Positions 43,342 through 54,984 of a stretch of 64,000 nt of DNA are shown in pieces. The translations under genes were made by a program, and so were the position numbers. This stretch comes from an uncultured delta proteobacterium (GTDB lineage Bacteria > Desulfobacterota > Binatia > UBA9968). The notes below the pieces were generated by a model. It was not told the DNA's origin. It saw only the letters and a program-made list of their open reading frames with translations, and did no database searches. The stretch covers positions 128,001 through 192,000 of the forward strand of contig CAVSLC010000013.1 of NCBI GenBank assembly GCA_963728565.1, in the 5' to 3' direction. Position 1 is the first letter of the stretch; every line of letters begins with the position of its first letter.

Positions 43342-44107
43342 ATGTGCACTTTAGCGCTCTATTTCAAAGTGTTTCCGGGGTACTCAGTGGTTGTCGCCGC
43401 CAACCGGGACGAGCACTATGACCGGCCGTCGGCACCGCCGTCGATCATCGGCGGATCACCAATGATCGTCGCCGGCCGCGATTTGCGGGCCGGCGGCACC
43501 TGGCTAGGAATCAATGAATATGGGTTGCTCGTCGGCATTCTCAACCGCCGGCAGCAGCCGGGTCCGGTTGTACCCGCTGCATATCGGTCGCGCGGTTTGT
43601 TGTGTCTCGAGCTTCTTCGTCTCAGACAAGTCGCTGAGCTCGATCAAGTTTTTCTAGATCTGGCACCAGGCGATTATCAGCCCTTCACAGTAGTCTGTGC
43701 CGATACGAATCGCGCGTGCGTTGCTTACAACACCAATAAAACTATTGAGCGGATCGAGCTTTCTGATGGGCTTCACGTTTTCAGCAACAGCTTCGAATTT
43801 GGTGCTCCCTCTGAAAAAGTTGATCGGGTCTACCAGCTTTTTCTCAAGCTGTCGGAAGACTATGATCGCCAATTTAGCGCTGGAGCTTATCTCCATGGTG
43901 CAGCTAACGCGCTCGGCGACCATGCCCTTAGCGATAACTTAAATGACCCCAGGGATGCCGTTTGTGTTCACGGCGATATCTCCGGGACTGTTTCTTCCAG
44001 CATCATCCTTTTTTCGGATGCCGAGCGGCAGTTCCAAATGCATTACTGCGCCGGCGCCCCTTGTCAAAATCGTTTCAAGCCTATACTCGACTGTGGACGT
44101 GCGGTGA
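43342..44107 (+). CDS. NRDE/TANGO2-family protein (in frame with the downstream Nudix domain in this assembly)
   Basis: MCT start, AANRDE, GRDLRAGGTWLGIN, GTVSSS. Confidence 0.85.
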
Positions 44108-44829
44108 TCGAAACAGCTCAAGCAAAACAGGCTGGAACGGTGATCCTATTGCGGCCCGGACAGTCCGGAGGGATGGAAGTGCTGTTGACACGCCGACCTG
44201 ACCAGATGGCCTTTCTTGGCGGGATGTACTGCTTTCCCGGCGGCACGCTACAAAAGGAGGACTTCTCCAACCGAATCCTCCGCCGCTGTCACGGCCTCTC
44301 TCCCGCCGCCGCCCGCAAGATCATCGGTGCTCACTTCAGTCCGCGAGAAGCGCTGGGGCTATGGATCGCGGCGATCCGAGAATTATTCGAAGAGATCGGA
44401 GTTTTGCTTGCTATTAAGGCAGATGGGACAATTGCGGTGATGGATCACGACCTGAGCCGCTCGCTTGTGGAAAACCACAGGGCTCTGCTCAGCCGACGCT
44501 TGAGCTTCGTCGCCTTGCTTGAAGCCGGGAACTTGCGCTGTGATACAACCCAATTAGCCTATTTTTCACACTGGCGGACGCCGTCACAGTTTCAGATGCG
44601 TTTCGACACGCGATTTTTCCTCGCCGCCGTGCCAGCGGAACATTCGCCTCTGGCGTCTTCGCCTGAAGTTGCCGATAGTCTTTGGCTTACCCCCGATGCC
44701 GCTCTACAACGATTTAGCCAAGGCACTTTGCCGATGATCTTTCCGACATTTGCCTCGTTACGAACCCTAGCGGATTTCGATTCTTTGGAGAGCCTGTTTG
44801 CAGAATTCACGCGGGCAAAGAGTGGCTAA
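44104..44829 (+). CDS. Nudix hydrolase (NUDT19-like)
   Basis: FPGG...AAIRELFEEIG, W.TP..RFDTRFF, MIFPT; likely its own GTG start at 44104. Confidence 0.85.
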   Translation: MIETAQAKQAGTVILLRPGQSGGMEVLLTRRPDQMAFLGGMYCFPGGTLQKEDFSNRILRRCHGLSPAAARKIIGAHFSPREALGLWIAAIRELFEEIGVLLAIKADGTIAVMDHDLSRSLVENHRALLSRRLSFVALLEAGNLRCDTTQLAYFSHWRTPSQFQMRFDTRFFLAAVPAEHSPLASSPEVADSLWLTPDAALQRFSQGTLPMIFPTFASLRTLADFDSLESLFAEFTRAKSG

Positions 44830-44880
44830 GCGTCGTGCTCATCAGCCAGCCTCACAGGAACTTTCGCATCGTGATAGACA

Positions 44881-46029
44881 TTATTTGTCGCCAAGCCGTT
44901 CGCGAGCGTGTAGAACGCGCTCCACGGCTACATCTGCACTGGACGCTAAAGCAGTTAAATGGCCCATCTTTCTGCCGGGACGAACTTGGTCCTTGCCATA
45001 CAAATGCAATTTGACATCCGGACAACCCGCCGCGGCGGCCCAATTGGGCTCTCCGTCTCGCCAGAGATCACCCAAGAGATTTGCCATCGCCGACGCCGCT
45101 AGAAAATCCGTCGCTCCTAGAGGCAAGCCGCACACCGCGCGCAGCTGCTGCTCAAATTGGCTGGTCAGAGCCGCGTTGATGGTTAAATGCCCTGAGTTGT
45201 GCGGGCGTGGCGCAAGCTCGTTAATGAAAATTCTTTGATCGCGACGAAGAAAGAATTCGATGCAGAGGACCCCTACCACATCGAGTGCCTCGAGCAGGCT
45301 TCTGGCAATTTCCACAGCCTCAACGCTTGTCGCTTGAGGCACACGTGCCGGTGCAAATGATAAATCCAAAATATGATTCCGGTGGGTGTTCTCGATCAGC
45401 CCCCAGTGTGAAAAAGTGCCGTCATGACCGCGGGCGGCGACAATCGAAAATTCCAATTCAAAATCTACGAAGGCCTCCAGGATCTTTTCCTGACTGCCGG
45501 TTGCGGCGTAAGCCGCTTCGGCATCGGTTGGGCTCGTTAGTCTTACCTGTCCCTTGCCGTCGTATCCGGACACTGCGGTTTTCAAAATCGCCGGACAGCC
45601 GATTTGCTCGAGAGCCGAGCGCAGCTCATCGAGCGATTTCACCGGCCTGAAAGGAGCGACCGGGAAGCCGTTTCGTTCCAGAAAAGATTTCTCGCGCACG
45701 CGATGCTGTGCAATGTTCAGTACTGAGCCCGATGGTCGTACCGGAGCGAAAAGCGCCGCAGCCTCGACCGCAAGCGCAGGAACGTTCTCAAACTCGAATG
45801 TCAGCACGTGAACGTTTTTAGCAAAGTCTCTGATGGCATCGAGATCGTGATAAGGCGCGGTGATTTCAACGTCGGCAACCTGACCGGTGGGAGTATCCGT
45901 TTCCGGAGAAAACGTGTGCACCCGGTAGCCCATCTGCCGCGCGGCGATGGCAAACATCCGGCCCAATTGACCGCTACCGAGGACGCCGACGACGGCGCCC
46001 GGCAGGATCGGCGCCAATGAATCTCTCAC
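44881..46029 (-). CDS. purK: N5-CAIR synthase
   Basis: [38 protein letters not shown]. Confidence 0.96.
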   Translation of the reverse strand: MRDSLAPILPGAVVGVLGSGQLGRMFAIAARQMGYRVHTFSPETDTPTGQVADVEITAPYHDLDAIRDFAKNVHVLTFEFENVPALAVEAAALFAPVRPSGSVLNIAQHRVREKSFLERNGFPVAPFRPVKSLDELRSALEQIGCPAILKTAVSGYDGKGQVRLTSPTDAEAAYAATGSQEKILEAFVDFELEFSIVAARGHDGTFSHWGLIENTHRNHILDLSFAPARVPQATSVEAVEIARSLLEALDVVGVLCIEFFLRRDQRIFINELAPRPHNSGHLTINAALTSQFEQQLRAVCGLPLGATDFLAASAMANLLGDLWRDGEPNWAAAAGCPDVKLHLYGKDQVRPGRKMGHLTALASSADVAVERVLHARERLGDK

Positions 46030-46520
46030 GGCAGTTTTTGCTGGCGAACGTTATCAGTTTGGTTTTTACGAAATTGCCGGAGTTTCTCGCGCAGCTCCGG
46101 ACGTGAGTTACCGAGAATAGCAAGCGCTAGTAAGGCCGCGTTTATGGCGCCGGCTTTGCCGATCGCCAATGTTCCCACTGGAATACCTCCCGGCATCTGC
46201 ACAATCGAAAGCAGTGAATCTATTCCTTTGAGGGCCGCGCTCTCCACCGGCACGCCGAGAACGGGAACGACGGTCTGCGCGGCGGCCATGCCCGGAAGGT
46301 GCGCGGCGCCGCCCGCGCCGGCGATAATTACGTCAATACCTCGTGCTTCAGCCGTGCCGGCGAATTCTGCGAGCCAAGCCGGAGTGCGGTGTGCCGATAC
46401 GATCAAGTTTTCGTGTGGCACAGCAAAATCTTTCAATGTCGAAGACGCATGCTGCATCGTCTCCCAATCGGACTGGCTGCCCATAATAATACTCACCAGC
46501 GGGTTGTTTGCCTCAGACAT
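46026..46520 (-). CDS. purE: N5-CAIR mutase
   Basis: [31 protein letters not shown]. Confidence 0.97.
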   Translation of the reverse strand: MSEANNPLVSIIMGSQSDWETMQHASSTLKDFAVPHENLIVSAHRTPAWLAEFAGTAEARGIDVIIAGAGGAAHLPGMAAAQTVVPVLGVPVESAALKGIDSLLSIVQMPGGIPVGTLAIGKAGAINAALLALAILGNSRPELREKLRQFRKNQTDNVRQQKLP

Positions 46521-46724
46521 TTAGTTTCTCCAGCACTGCGGCCGTTAGTTGGCCACTCTTGCATATGGTGAAATCCGTCGCAACCACGTACTAGGCTCGG
46601 ATCCGCCGCGAAATCGGGCGGTCTCGGATGATCAGCCTTTGCCGTTTCGCCAGTTTGGACATGTATTCAACCAGTGCAAGTTATATTGAAAGAATACGGA
46701 GCCGGGAGTGAGACCGCGCAGCTT

Positions 46725-47318
46725 TCAATACCCATCAAGAATTTCCCGCCGGCGTCGGCAGGTTAAAACATGATCGTTGACCATTCCGGTAGCTTGCATA
46801 TGCGCATAGCAGATGGTCGAGCCGACGAACTTGAAGCCGCGCTGCTTTAAATCCTTGCTAAGCGCATCAGACTCGCGGCTTGTCGCCGGATAGTCCTTCA
46901 GTGCTCGCAGCGTGTTCACGATTGGCTTACCGTCGACAAACCGCCAGACGTAGGAATCGAAAGTGCCGAACTCTTCCTGAACTGCCAGAAACCGTTTTGC
47001 GTTGGTGATCGCAGCCGCCAGTTTTTGTCGATTGCGTATGATGCCGTCATCCTGGATTAAGCGATCGAGCTGCCGTTTGCTATAGCGCGCGACCTTTTCA
47101 GGATCGAAATCGGCAAAGGCTCGTTTGTAGGCGGCGCGTTTTCTCAACACAGTGTACCAACTGAGGCCTGCCTGTGCTCCTTCAAGTATCAGGAACTCGA
47201 AGATAGTACGGTCGTCGTGTACCGGCACACCCCACTCACGGTCATGATAAGCGACGTAGTCCGCTTTTGTCAGATCGACCCAGGGACAACGGTCGGGCAA
47301 GGAATTCTTCATTGTCAT
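46725..47318 (-). CDS. tag: DNA-3-methyladenine glycosylase I
   Basis: RCPW, YHDREWG, EGAQAGLSW, IIRNR, GMVNDH..C. Confidence 0.95.
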   Translation of the reverse strand: MTMKNSLPDRCPWVDLTKADYVAYHDREWGVPVHDDRTIFEFLILEGAQAGLSWYTVLRKRAAYKRAFADFDPEKVARYSKRQLDRLIQDDGIIRNRQKLAAAITNAKRFLAVQEEFGTFDSYVWRFVDGKPIVNTLRALKDYPATSRESDALSKDLKQRGFKFVGSTICYAHMQATGMVNDHVLTCRRRREILDGY

Positions 47319-47358
47319 TTTCTCTAGGAAAGTAAGCCTGAGATCCTAAGAATGCTTA

Positions 47359-47895
47359 TCAGGATTTCGGAAAGCGCCGATAGAGAGCCAACACCCACAA
47401 TCCTAGAGCCAACACAAAACCCAAGACTATCGCGATAAACCAGGACTGCGGCAATGCGGCGGGCTCGGCTCGATTCGCAACCAGCACCACATAGTGTAGC
47501 CCGGTCATGAGTACGATGACCAGACGGCCGAGCCGGTGGCCATGTGCAGCGAGGAAATCCAGAGAATCATTCAAGCGCGGCGGTGCCAGCCAATAGTCAC
47601 GGTTCGGTAGATTGATCAAATGAGAGAATTTCTTCGAGAGAATGCTGATACCGCCGCTGAGAGCGCTCGGAATGCTAATAAGAAGAGTCAAAATCATCAA
47701 CAAATAAGCATTGCGCGTCATCCAACCGTCGGGCTGATTGTCAATGTTAAAATGTGTGGCGACGCGACTGGGAAGATAATATGAGGTGTAAATCACAAAA
47801 GTAACCGAAAACACCATCAGGCAAATCAAACTCACTAAAGAGCGCGCCCGCTGGCTACTATGAACTTGGATCTGTTTATTGGAATTAAGCATCAA
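47359..47895 (-). CDS. DUF1648-type membrane protein
   Basis: LPSRVATHF..PDGW, INLPNRDYWL; 4 TM helices. Confidence 0.75.
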   Translation of the reverse strand: MMLNSNKQIQVHSSQRARSLVSLICLMVFSVTFVIYTSYYLPSRVATHFNIDNQPDGWMTRNAYLLMILTLLISIPSALSGGISILSKKFSHLINLPNRDYWLAPPRLNDSLDFLAAHGHRLGRLVIVLMTGLHYVVLVANRAEPAALPQSWFIAIVLGFVLALGLWVLALYRRFPKS

Positions 47896-48127
47896 GCGTT
47901 CTTGTCAGAACGATCGGGAAGCTACGCGTTGGCACGGATGATTTTAACAGTACCGCTGGCACAAACGATCGACAAACTCGCGTTTAGCTCCGCGCTCGGT
48001 ATCAATGACCCCTGGCGCTTCACTGAGAACAACCGGCCAATTAGGGTGAGCTTTGAATAAACCTTTGGCATAACAGCGCTGTCTGGTATCATGTCACGAC
48101 TTTTTTCTCTTCCGAATGAGGTGATCT

Positions 48128-48709
48128 TTGAACCCGACTCTGTGCCGCTACTTTCGAGAGCTGAGACCGTTTCTATTCACGACCGTGCTGCTCTTCGCCT
48201 TGGGCAGTATCGCGGGCAGCCTGTTGGCTGGTCACGCGACTTTTGCCGGGCTTAAGATCAACGAATCGCTCGGCGGCTTCGCCCAAATGTTTATAAGTCT
48301 TCCTAAGCCGATCCTTGCTTTGATGATTTTTGCCAACAATGCTGTAAAAACTTTCTTAGTGATTGTGCTCGGGATTGCGTTTGCAATTGTTCCGCTGGTT
48401 TTTGTCCTTGTCAACGGCGTTGCCATCGGCGTCGTCCTGCATCTAGCCACGCAATCCAAGGGCGTCGCCTATTCGATACTCGCTATTGTCCCCCATGGTG
48501 TCTTTGAACTTCCGGGAGTCCTGTGCGGCGCCGCCATCGGTCTGATGTTGGGAAATAAAGCAATCAGGCGTTTATTTCGGAAATCTGAATTCAAGGTTGG
48601 TTCTGAACTAAGCCGCGCGTTGAAGATCTTTGCAACCACCATCGCCCCGCTCCTTCTGATCGGAGCGATCACGGAAGCTTATTTGACGGCCGCGCTTCTC
48701 GGAAAATAA
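48128..48709 (+). CDS. SpoIIM/DUF95-family membrane protein
   Basis: IFANNA, NG..IG, PHGVFELP, AITEAYLT. Confidence 0.85.
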   Translation: MNPTLCRYFRELRPFLFTTVLLFALGSIAGSLLAGHATFAGLKINESLGGFAQMFISLPKPILALMIFANNAVKTFLVIVLGIAFAIVPLVFVLVNGVAIGVVLHLATQSKGVAYSILAIVPHGVFELPGVLCGAAIGLMLGNKAIRRLFRKSEFKVGSELSRALKIFATTIAPLLLIGAITEAYLTAALLGK

Positions 48710-48747
48710 CGCAACAGTGTATGATGCGGTTGTCATATTCGTGAGCA

Positions 48748-49575
48748 TCAAACAATCAGACGACTGCCAATCGCGAAAGCATCGCAGAAGCGCTCCAGGC
48801 CATGAACTCCGCCGTTCACCAGCCTTCGCGCCGATCTGAGATCATTGTCAAGCAGAGCCTCCTTGATTGCACGTTCCTTAGCCTTCAAGAAACTGGCAAG
48901 TAGTCTCCCCGCTATATCACGATCGTTGGCCAGTTCCGGGGTTTGAACCAGGCGATCGCCTAATCCGATAGCTCTGCCATGAACTTCGTAGTTACGTCGA
49001 CCGGTCAGCTGAATGAAGCCGCGGCCCTTGTAGCGGTCCCCATCTCCGCGCTGATGATTGCCCAGATCCGTTCTGAAGTCATACAGGTCATAAGGATGGC
49101 CGCCGGGAGAAGTGTTGTATTTTGATTTTTCCTCACAAATAGGCTCAAAACATTCCGCTTCCGCGCGAATAGTCGCCAGCGCCATCAGCACCAACGGCTT
49201 ATCGCCAACTCCTTCCGTACGCAAAGCATCGAGCACGTAGGGTAGATTCAAACGGATGTTATCGACCGGAGTAAAAGGAAAGATTTTTGATACCAACGTC
49301 ACAGTCGCGGCCGGCAGCGCTGACGGCAACGCATCACTCTTAGCCAATTTCAAAGCCGTCAGCGTGCGCGGGCCGGCAATGCCGTCGGCCAAGAGCCCGC
49401 GGCTTCTCTGAAACGCGATGACCGCCGCTTTGGTCGCCGGGCCGAAGTCACCATCGATTCTGCCCGGATTGAAGCCGTGTTTCTTCAACTGTTTTTGCAG
49501 TCTGATGACGGCTGGGCCCTTGGAATCTTCTTTTAGAACCATCGTTGCCTCACCTACCCGCCGGCGGGACCTCAT
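48748..49575 (-). CDS. Peptidoglycan-binding domain plus GH19 (chitinase/endolysin-like) protein
   Basis: LQKQL..GF..IDGDFGPAT..FQ..GL.ADGIAGP; YKGRGFIQLTGRRNY; VNGG. The start may be 49542. Confidence 0.88.
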   Translation of the reverse strand: MRSRRRVGEATMVLKEDSKGPAVIRLQKQLKKHGFNPGRIDGDFGPATKAAVIAFQRSRGLLADGIAGPRTLTALKLAKSDALPSALPAATVTLVSKIFPFTPVDNIRLNLPYVLDALRTEGVGDKPLVLMALATIRAEAECFEPICEEKSKYNTSPGGHPYDLYDFRTDLGNHQRGDGDRYKGRGFIQLTGRRNYEVHGRAIGLGDRLVQTPELANDRDIAGRLLASFLKAKERAIKEALLDNDLRSARRLVNGGVHGLERFCDAFAIGSRLIV

Positions 49576-49611
49576 GCGTTCGACCTTGATCCGACTTCGC
49601 GCCGCCGCGGG

Positions 49612-50034
49612 TTAAAAGGTCTTGAGCGAATGATTTTGCGCCAACGTCGCGGCAAGAATGGCAATCCGCGCGGAGGAATAACCAGCCGCGTCTACAAGAT
49701 TGCCCCAGACTGGCGCCGGCCAACACGGATCAGTGGCGCGCCTGCCCACCACATGCAGATGAAGTTGCGGCACGACGTTGCCGATAGCGGCAAAGTTGAT
49801 TTTACTGACGGCAAACTCAGTCTTTAGAAAACGCGCAACGAGTGCTGCTTCGTCCATCGCCATATTCCTCACCTGGCCGGGTAAGTCGAGCAAATCACCT
49901 GTTAACGCGGTTTCGGGAACCAGGATTAACCATGGCACCGCTGCATTCTTGTGCAGCAGAACATGACATAGCCGAAGTTGGCCCAGTCGATGGCAATCGT
50001 GGAGCAATTGGGGGTGAATTTCGAAACGCGACAT
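49612..50034 (-). CDS. HIT-family protein
   Basis: KINFAAIGNVVPQLHLHVVGR..DPCWPAPVW. Confidence 0.9.
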   Translation of the reverse strand: MSRFEIHPQLLHDCHRLGQLRLCHVLLHKNAAVPWLILVPETALTGDLLDLPGQVRNMAMDEAALVARFLKTEFAVSKINFAAIGNVVPQLHLHVVGRRATDPCWPAPVWGNLVDAAGYSSARIAILAATLAQNHSLKTF

Positions 50035-50087
50035 GTGACTGCCGAAATTATATCAGTTCCGTGGGACTGTCCCGGCGCCGCAACTCA

Positions 50088-50699
50088 TCAAGTTTGTCTG
50101 GCCATGGTTTTAAAATCAATATCGGTTGAAGCCCGTGTATCGGCTTTTAAAACTTTCGCCATATACGCAAGCGCGTGTTGATTATCCGCCTCGGTTTCAG
50201 AAGCTATACAGTCCTGGGGAACCAGCAGATTAAAATCGCGCATGTAAGCATCGCTGGCAGTGAAAAGCACGCAAATGTTTCCGGCGATGCCGGTCAATAT
50301 CAATGTGTTGGCCTTAAGATAGCGCAACAGCAGGTCAAGACTGGTTGAGTAGAATGCCGAATGCTTGGGCTTCAAAACAAAATAGTCTCGCTCGTCCGGC
50401 CTCAGTAATCGCGCAATCGGCGTTCCCTTAACATTATCCTCTAGACAATGGTCGACAAGCTTTCTGAAATCAGACTGCCACTTGCCAAAGTTGTCATTGA
50501 CATAGATTACTGGGATTCCGGCTGCTTTCGCGTTCTTCTTTAGTTGGGCAATTGTCTGAGCAATGGCGAGAGTGTTCTTAAACATCGGATCTGCGCCAGC
50601 GAACTCAAAATCGTTGATTAAGTCGATCAGTATCAATACTACAGAGGAATCGTCCGGAACGTTGCCGTGCAAATCTTGATTATTAGTTGGGCTTACCAC
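50088..50699 (-). CDS. Isochorismatase-family cysteine hydrolase
   Basis: LIDLINDF, KPKHSAF, GIAGNICV; GGAGG RBS before the GTG at 50699. Confidence 0.9.
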   Translation of the reverse strand: MVSPTNNQDLHGNVPDDSSVVLILIDLINDFEFAGADPMFKNTLAIAQTIAQLKKNAKAAGIPVIYVNDNFGKWQSDFRKLVDHCLEDNVKGTPIARLLRPDERDYFVLKPKHSAFYSTSLDLLLRYLKANTLILTGIAGNICVLFTASDAYMRDFNLLVPQDCIASETEADNQHALAYMAKVLKADTRASTDIDFKTMARQT

Positions 50700-50794
50700 A
50701 AGAATCCTCCGTCTGAGCGCCAGGGCTATTTGAGAGTAGCATATGAATAGGGATCTTTGGCACCCATGAATGCTCCCGCGGCATTTAAGGGTGA

Positions 50795-53700
50795 TTAATG
50801 AAAATCCCGGCTTGACGATTTGGCGGGCTGGGTGCTTACTTTGGGTTGCCAAAGTTTCTCCGCGACCAGGTGAACGATATTGTCTTCGACCTGGAGGATG
50901 CCGCTGATTCCTAGAAAATTGACCGTCTTTGCCAAAGCCGAGTAACGCTGGAAAACATTTTCCCAGACCACAACATTGACGAATCCGGTTTCATCTTCCA
51001 AAGTCATGAAGACGATCCCGCCGGCGGTTCCTGGACGTTGACGACAAATCACTAAACCGGCGTAGTGAACCTTTTCGCCGTTTCGTTTAGCGGCGATTGA
51101 ACGGGCATCCGGCAATCCCTGAGCAGCAAGCATACCGCGAAAAGGTTGCAGCGGATGGCGCCGAACGCTGTGCGAGCTCGTCCGATAGTCCCAGCTCACT
51201 TCCTCGAACTCATTCAATGGCTCAAATTTTGGGTCGGCTTCCTGGGTCGGTAAGCGCAGCGAATGGCCTCTTAACTGTACCCATCGCCGGCCATTCCACA
51301 ATGCTGTACGGCGATCGATTCCCAGGTTCTCGAATGCGCCGGCTTCCGCTAACAAAGCGAGACTGCTTTCACTGAGATCTGTGCGCCGGACAAAATCTTC
51401 CAGCGATTCAAATGAACGCGCCTGCCGTGCGTGTGAGATCCTATCCCAGTCGCGCTCTGCTAAACCTTTGATGTATCGCAGGCCCATGCGCACCGCGAAG
51501 CCTCCGGCACTGTCAACGCAATTCTCCAACGTGCAGTCCCAATCACTGGCTTGCGCATCGATCGGCCGGACCAACAGCCCATGACGCTTGGCATCTTCGA
51601 CAATCGTCGCCGGCAGGTAAAAGCCCATCGGCTGAGCATTTAACAGAGAACAGGTAAATTCCGCCGGATAATGGCATCGTAGCCATGCCGTGGCATAGGC
51701 AATCAAGGCAAAACTGGCGGCATGGCTTTCAGGAAAACCGTATTCTCCGAAGCCGCGGATCTGCTCGAAAACTCTTTCGGCGAATTCCAACGCGATCCCT
51801 TTGGCTTGCATCCGTGTGATCAACCGCTCGCGATGACGTTCCATCCGGCCGCTACGGTGCCAAGCGGCCATATCCCGTCGCAATTGATCCGCCTCTCCCG
51901 GGGTATAATCGGCGGCAACCACGGCCAAGCGCATGACCTGTTCCTGAAAAAGCGGCACGCCGAGTGTTTTTTCCAACACCGGAACTAAACTCTCATGCGG
52001 AAATTCAACCGGCTCTTTCCCCTGTCGCCGGCGCAAATAAGGATGAACCATACCGCCGGTGATCGGCCCTGGGCGGACGATGCTGATTTGAATCACCAGA
52101 TCGTAAAAAGTTTTTGGCCGAAGCCGGGGCAACATCGCCATCTGGGCGCGGCTTTCAATCTGAAAAACACCCACGGTCTCGCTACGGCAGATCATCTCAA
52201 AGGTCGCTCCATCCTTGCCCGGAATGGTCGCCATAGATAGCTCTTCGCGGCGATGCTCGCGCAACAGCTTAAAACAGAGATTGAGCTGAGTTAAGCTGCC
52301 AAGCCCGAGCAGATCCACCTTGAATAAGCCAAGATCTTCGAGATCATTTTTATCCCACTGAATCACGGTGCGTCCGGCCATGCTGCCGTTCTCAATCGGA
52401 ACGATGTCATGCACTGGTTCGTGACCCAGAAGAAAGCCGCCGGGGTGGATCGACAGATGACGTGGACAGTCTAAAATCTCGTTACTCAGTTGGAGCAGCT
52501 GGCTGTGCAGGCCCACCGTCGGATCAATGCCCGTCTGTTGCAGCATTTCAGGCCGAATATGCTCATAAGGTGATAGAAATTTGGCGGCGCGATCGAGAGA
52601 AGTCTCGGATAGCCCCAAAGCCTTACCGACATCCCGCAACGCCGAGCGCGATCGGTAGCGTACAATGTTGGCTGCCATGGCGGCGCGCTCGCGGCCGTAT
52701 TTTTCGTAGACGTGCCGGATCACTTCTTCGCGCCGGTTATGCTCGATATCGAGATCGATATCCGGCGGCTCGGCGCGTTCTTTGGAGATAAACCGTTCAA
52801 ACAACAAGCCGATGCGCGCCGGATCGACGGCAGTAACGCCCAGGCAATAACAAACGGCGGAATTTGCCGCTGAGCCGCGCCCCTGGCAGAGGATGCCGTT
52901 GGCGCGGCAGAACTCGACGATCTCCCACATCGTCAAAAAATAGCCCGGGTAGTCGAGGCTCTCGATCACCTCCAGCTCTTTTTCTAATTGCTCGACAATG
53001 TCACCCGGAATCTCTTCACCATAACGCCAGTGCGCTCCTTTAAACGTAAGCTGGCGCAGCCACTGCGCCGATGTGGTGCCGTCGGGCAGTCGTTCCGATG
53101 GATAGCGATAACGGATTTCATCCAGTGAAAACCGACAACGTTCGGCGACTTCGAGAGTGCGGGCGACGGCGGCTGGATCATCAGCAAAGAGGCGGGCAAA
53201 TGCGTAAGGCGATTTTAACCCGTATTCGGCATTGGATTTTAACCTGCGGCCGCAGGAAGCCACCGGTATGCCATGACGTATCGCGGTCAACACATCCTGC
53301 AGCGGCCGGCGCGCGGAGCTATGGTAGAGAATTTCATTGGCCGCGACTAAAGGGAAGACATATCGCCGGGCTCGCTCTCGCAACCGGGCTTCCTGGCGGA
53401 TCTCTTCTTCACGCCTGTGGCGAGCGATCATACCGTACAGCCGATCGCCGAACGCATCGCGCACCGCATCGATGACACCAGCCGGTTCCTGCTCACCAAT
53501 GAGCAGGCTCGAATCGCCGCCCCAGAGGGCAATCAGGTCGGGTGCATGCTGGCAAACCTCGTTCCAGGAAACGCTGCTTTCCCCTTTCTCCGATCGCAGC
53601 CGGCCGCCGGTCAGGAGGCGGCAGAGATTGGCGTAACCGGCGCGATTCTGCGCCAGCAGAACAATCGACGAACCATCGTCGATGGAGATCTGCGAGCCAA

Positions 53701-53890
53701 AAATCAATCTGAACCCAAACTCCCGCGCTTTAACGTGCGCGCGCACGATGCCATAAACACCATCCCTATCGGTCACCGCGAGAGCCGGCAGCCCGAACCG
53801 GTATGATTCCTCGACCAACTCGTCGGGATGGCTGGCGCCCTCGAGAAAAGAGAAATTAGTTTTGCACCAAAGCGGAACGTAGGAAGACAT
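50795..53890 (-). CDS. dnaE2: Error-prone DNA polymerase DnaE2 (ImuC)
   Basis: [13 protein letters not shown] domain, [30 protein letters not shown]-terminal SRDFH motif typical of DnaE2. Confidence 0.96.
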   Translation of the reverse strand: MSSYVPLWCKTNFSFLEGASHPDELVEESYRFGLPALAVTDRDGVYGIVRAHVKAREFGFRLIFGSQISIDDGSSIVLLAQNRAGYANLCRLLTGGRLRSEKGESSVSWNEVCQHAPDLIALWGGDSSLLIGEQEPAGVIDAVRDAFGDRLYGMIARHRREEEIRQEARLRERARRYVFPLVAANEILYHSSARRPLQDVLTAIRHGIPVASCGRRLKSNAEYGLKSPYAFARLFADDPAAVARTLEVAERCRFSLDEIRYRYPSERLPDGTTSAQWLRQLTFKGAHWRYGEEIPGDIVEQLEKELEVIESLDYPGYFLTMWEIVEFCRANGILCQGRGSAANSAVCYCLGVTAVDPARIGLLFERFISKERAEPPDIDLDIEHNRREEVIRHVYEKYGRERAAMAANIVRYRSRSALRDVGKALGLSETSLDRAAKFLSPYEHIRPEMLQQTGIDPTVGLHSQLLQLSNEILDCPRHLSIHPGGFLLGHEPVHDIVPIENGSMAGRTVIQWDKNDLEDLGLFKVDLLGLGSLTQLNLCFKLLREHRREELSMATIPGKDGATFEMICRSETVGVFQIESRAQMAMLPRLRPKTFYDLVIQISIVRPGPITGGMVHPYLRRRQGKEPVEFPHESLVPVLEKTLGVPLFQEQVMRLAVVAADYTPGEADQLRRDMAAWHRSGRMERHRERLITRMQAKGIALEFAERVFEQIRGFGEYGFPESHAASFALIAYATAWLRCHYPAEFTCSLLNAQPMGFYLPATIVEDAKRHGLLVRPIDAQASDWDCTLENCVDSAGGFAVRMGLRYIKGLAERDWDRISHARQARSFESLEDFVRRTDLSESSLALLAEAGAFENLGIDRRTALWNGRRWVQLRGHSLRLPTQEADPKFEPLNEFEEVSWDYRTSSHSVRRHPLQPFRGMLAAQGLPDARSIAAKRNGEKVHYAGLVICRQRPGTAGGIVFMTLEDETGFVNVVVWENVFQRYSALAKTVNFLGISGILQVEDNIVHLVAEKLWQPKVSTQPAKSSSRDFH

Positions 53891-53976
53891 GTTGGGTTAT
53901 TCAGATTTATGCTAACGCATGATCGGGCCGCGTGCCGATATTTTTCGATAAGCAGCGGAAGCCGTTCCCTGATAAG

Positions 53977-54005
53977 AGAATATTCGTGGGCATCCGCATC
54001 GTCAA
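53977..54005 (-). promoter_or_regulatory. Putative sigma70 promoter of dnaE2
   Basis: TTGACG-N17-TATTCT on the minus strand, about 87 nt upstream of the start. Confidence 0.55.
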
Positions 54006-54084
54006 TCGTACCTTGGTTGTCGGTTGGGGCTTCAGCGACGGATCGACGAGCTTGAACGTTCAATCTCCAGCCCCGGGAGCTGCC

Positions 54085-54984
54085 TTAATCAGACAATCGA
54101 ACCCGGGCAGCCTCTGAAATTGCAACCACCGCCGGATGCTTAAGCTTGCGATCCAGAGAAATAGCATAAAACCGCTCGCGAATATTTCCCACCCGCCCGA
54201 GGGCTTTTACATCGTATTCCCGTTGCATCTCGGCGCTGATAATCGAAGGGGCGACGAAGAGACCAAGACCTCGCGCTCCGAACACCTTCAAGAGCGCGCT
54301 GTCCTCAAATTCCGCAATGATCATCGGCCGGATCTTCTCGGAATCGAACCATTGATCCAAGGAGCGGCGCACGGTGGTATTATGAGTAGGCAACAAAAAG
54401 GGCGCGCCGTCGAGGGACTGCGGAAAGCCACGGCGATAGGCATTGACCAATTTCTGTGTTGCGAACAGGATTAAACCGCACTCTCCCAGTAAATGATTGA
54501 ATGCCTTGACGTTGACCGCAGGATCTATCGGAGCATCAGTCAGGACGACGTCGAGATCATGGACGGCTAGCGATGACAGCAGGTCACCGTTGCCACCCTC
54601 CCGGCAAATGATTCGATATGATTCTTTAAATGCCAGGGCAGGTTCGATCAACTTGTACGCTACTAACTTAGGCAATACATCCGCAACGCCGACAGTCAAC
54701 CGGGCGACACGTCCCCCGGCACGGCCTTTGAGAGCGCCGGTCAACTCCCGCCCTAAAGAAAAGATCTCCTCGGCATAACGAAAAACGACCTTGCCCATAT
54801 CCGTCAGAGTCAGATGCCTCCCGCTCTTGCGGAAAAGCTTCTCGCCAATGGCCAACTCCAACGATTTGACTTGGGCGCTGACCGTGGCTTGAGTCAAGCG
54901 GAGTTCCTCGCCGGCGCGCGAAACACTGCCGCAACGAGCGACGTTCCAAAAATAAAAAAGATGATGATAGTTGAGCCATTCCAT
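54085..54984 (-). CDS. nhaR: LysR-family transcriptional activator, NhaR-like
   Basis: LNYHHLFYFW N-terminus, EFEDSALLKVFG, KHPAVVAI. Confidence 0.88.
   Translation of the reverse strand: MEWLNYHHLFYFWNVARCGSVSRAGEELRLTQATVSAQVKSLELAIGEKLFRKSGRHLTLTDMGKVVFRYAEEIFSLGRELTGALKGRAGGRVARLTVGVADVLPKLVAYKLIEPALAFKESYRIICREGGNGDLLSSLAVHDLDVVLTDAPIDPAVNVKAFNHLLGECGLILFATQKLVNAYRRGFPQSLDGAPFLLPTHNTTVRRSLDQWFDSEKIRPMIIAEFEDSALLKVFGARGLGLFVAPSIISAEMQREYDVKALGRVGNIRERFYAISLDRKLKHPAVVAISEAARVRLSD

Noticed and set aside
53773-54063. 96-aa ORF upstream of dnaE2 as an imuB remnant
   Set aside because: No ImuB-like motifs; it overlaps the dnaE2 start and contains the putative promoter.
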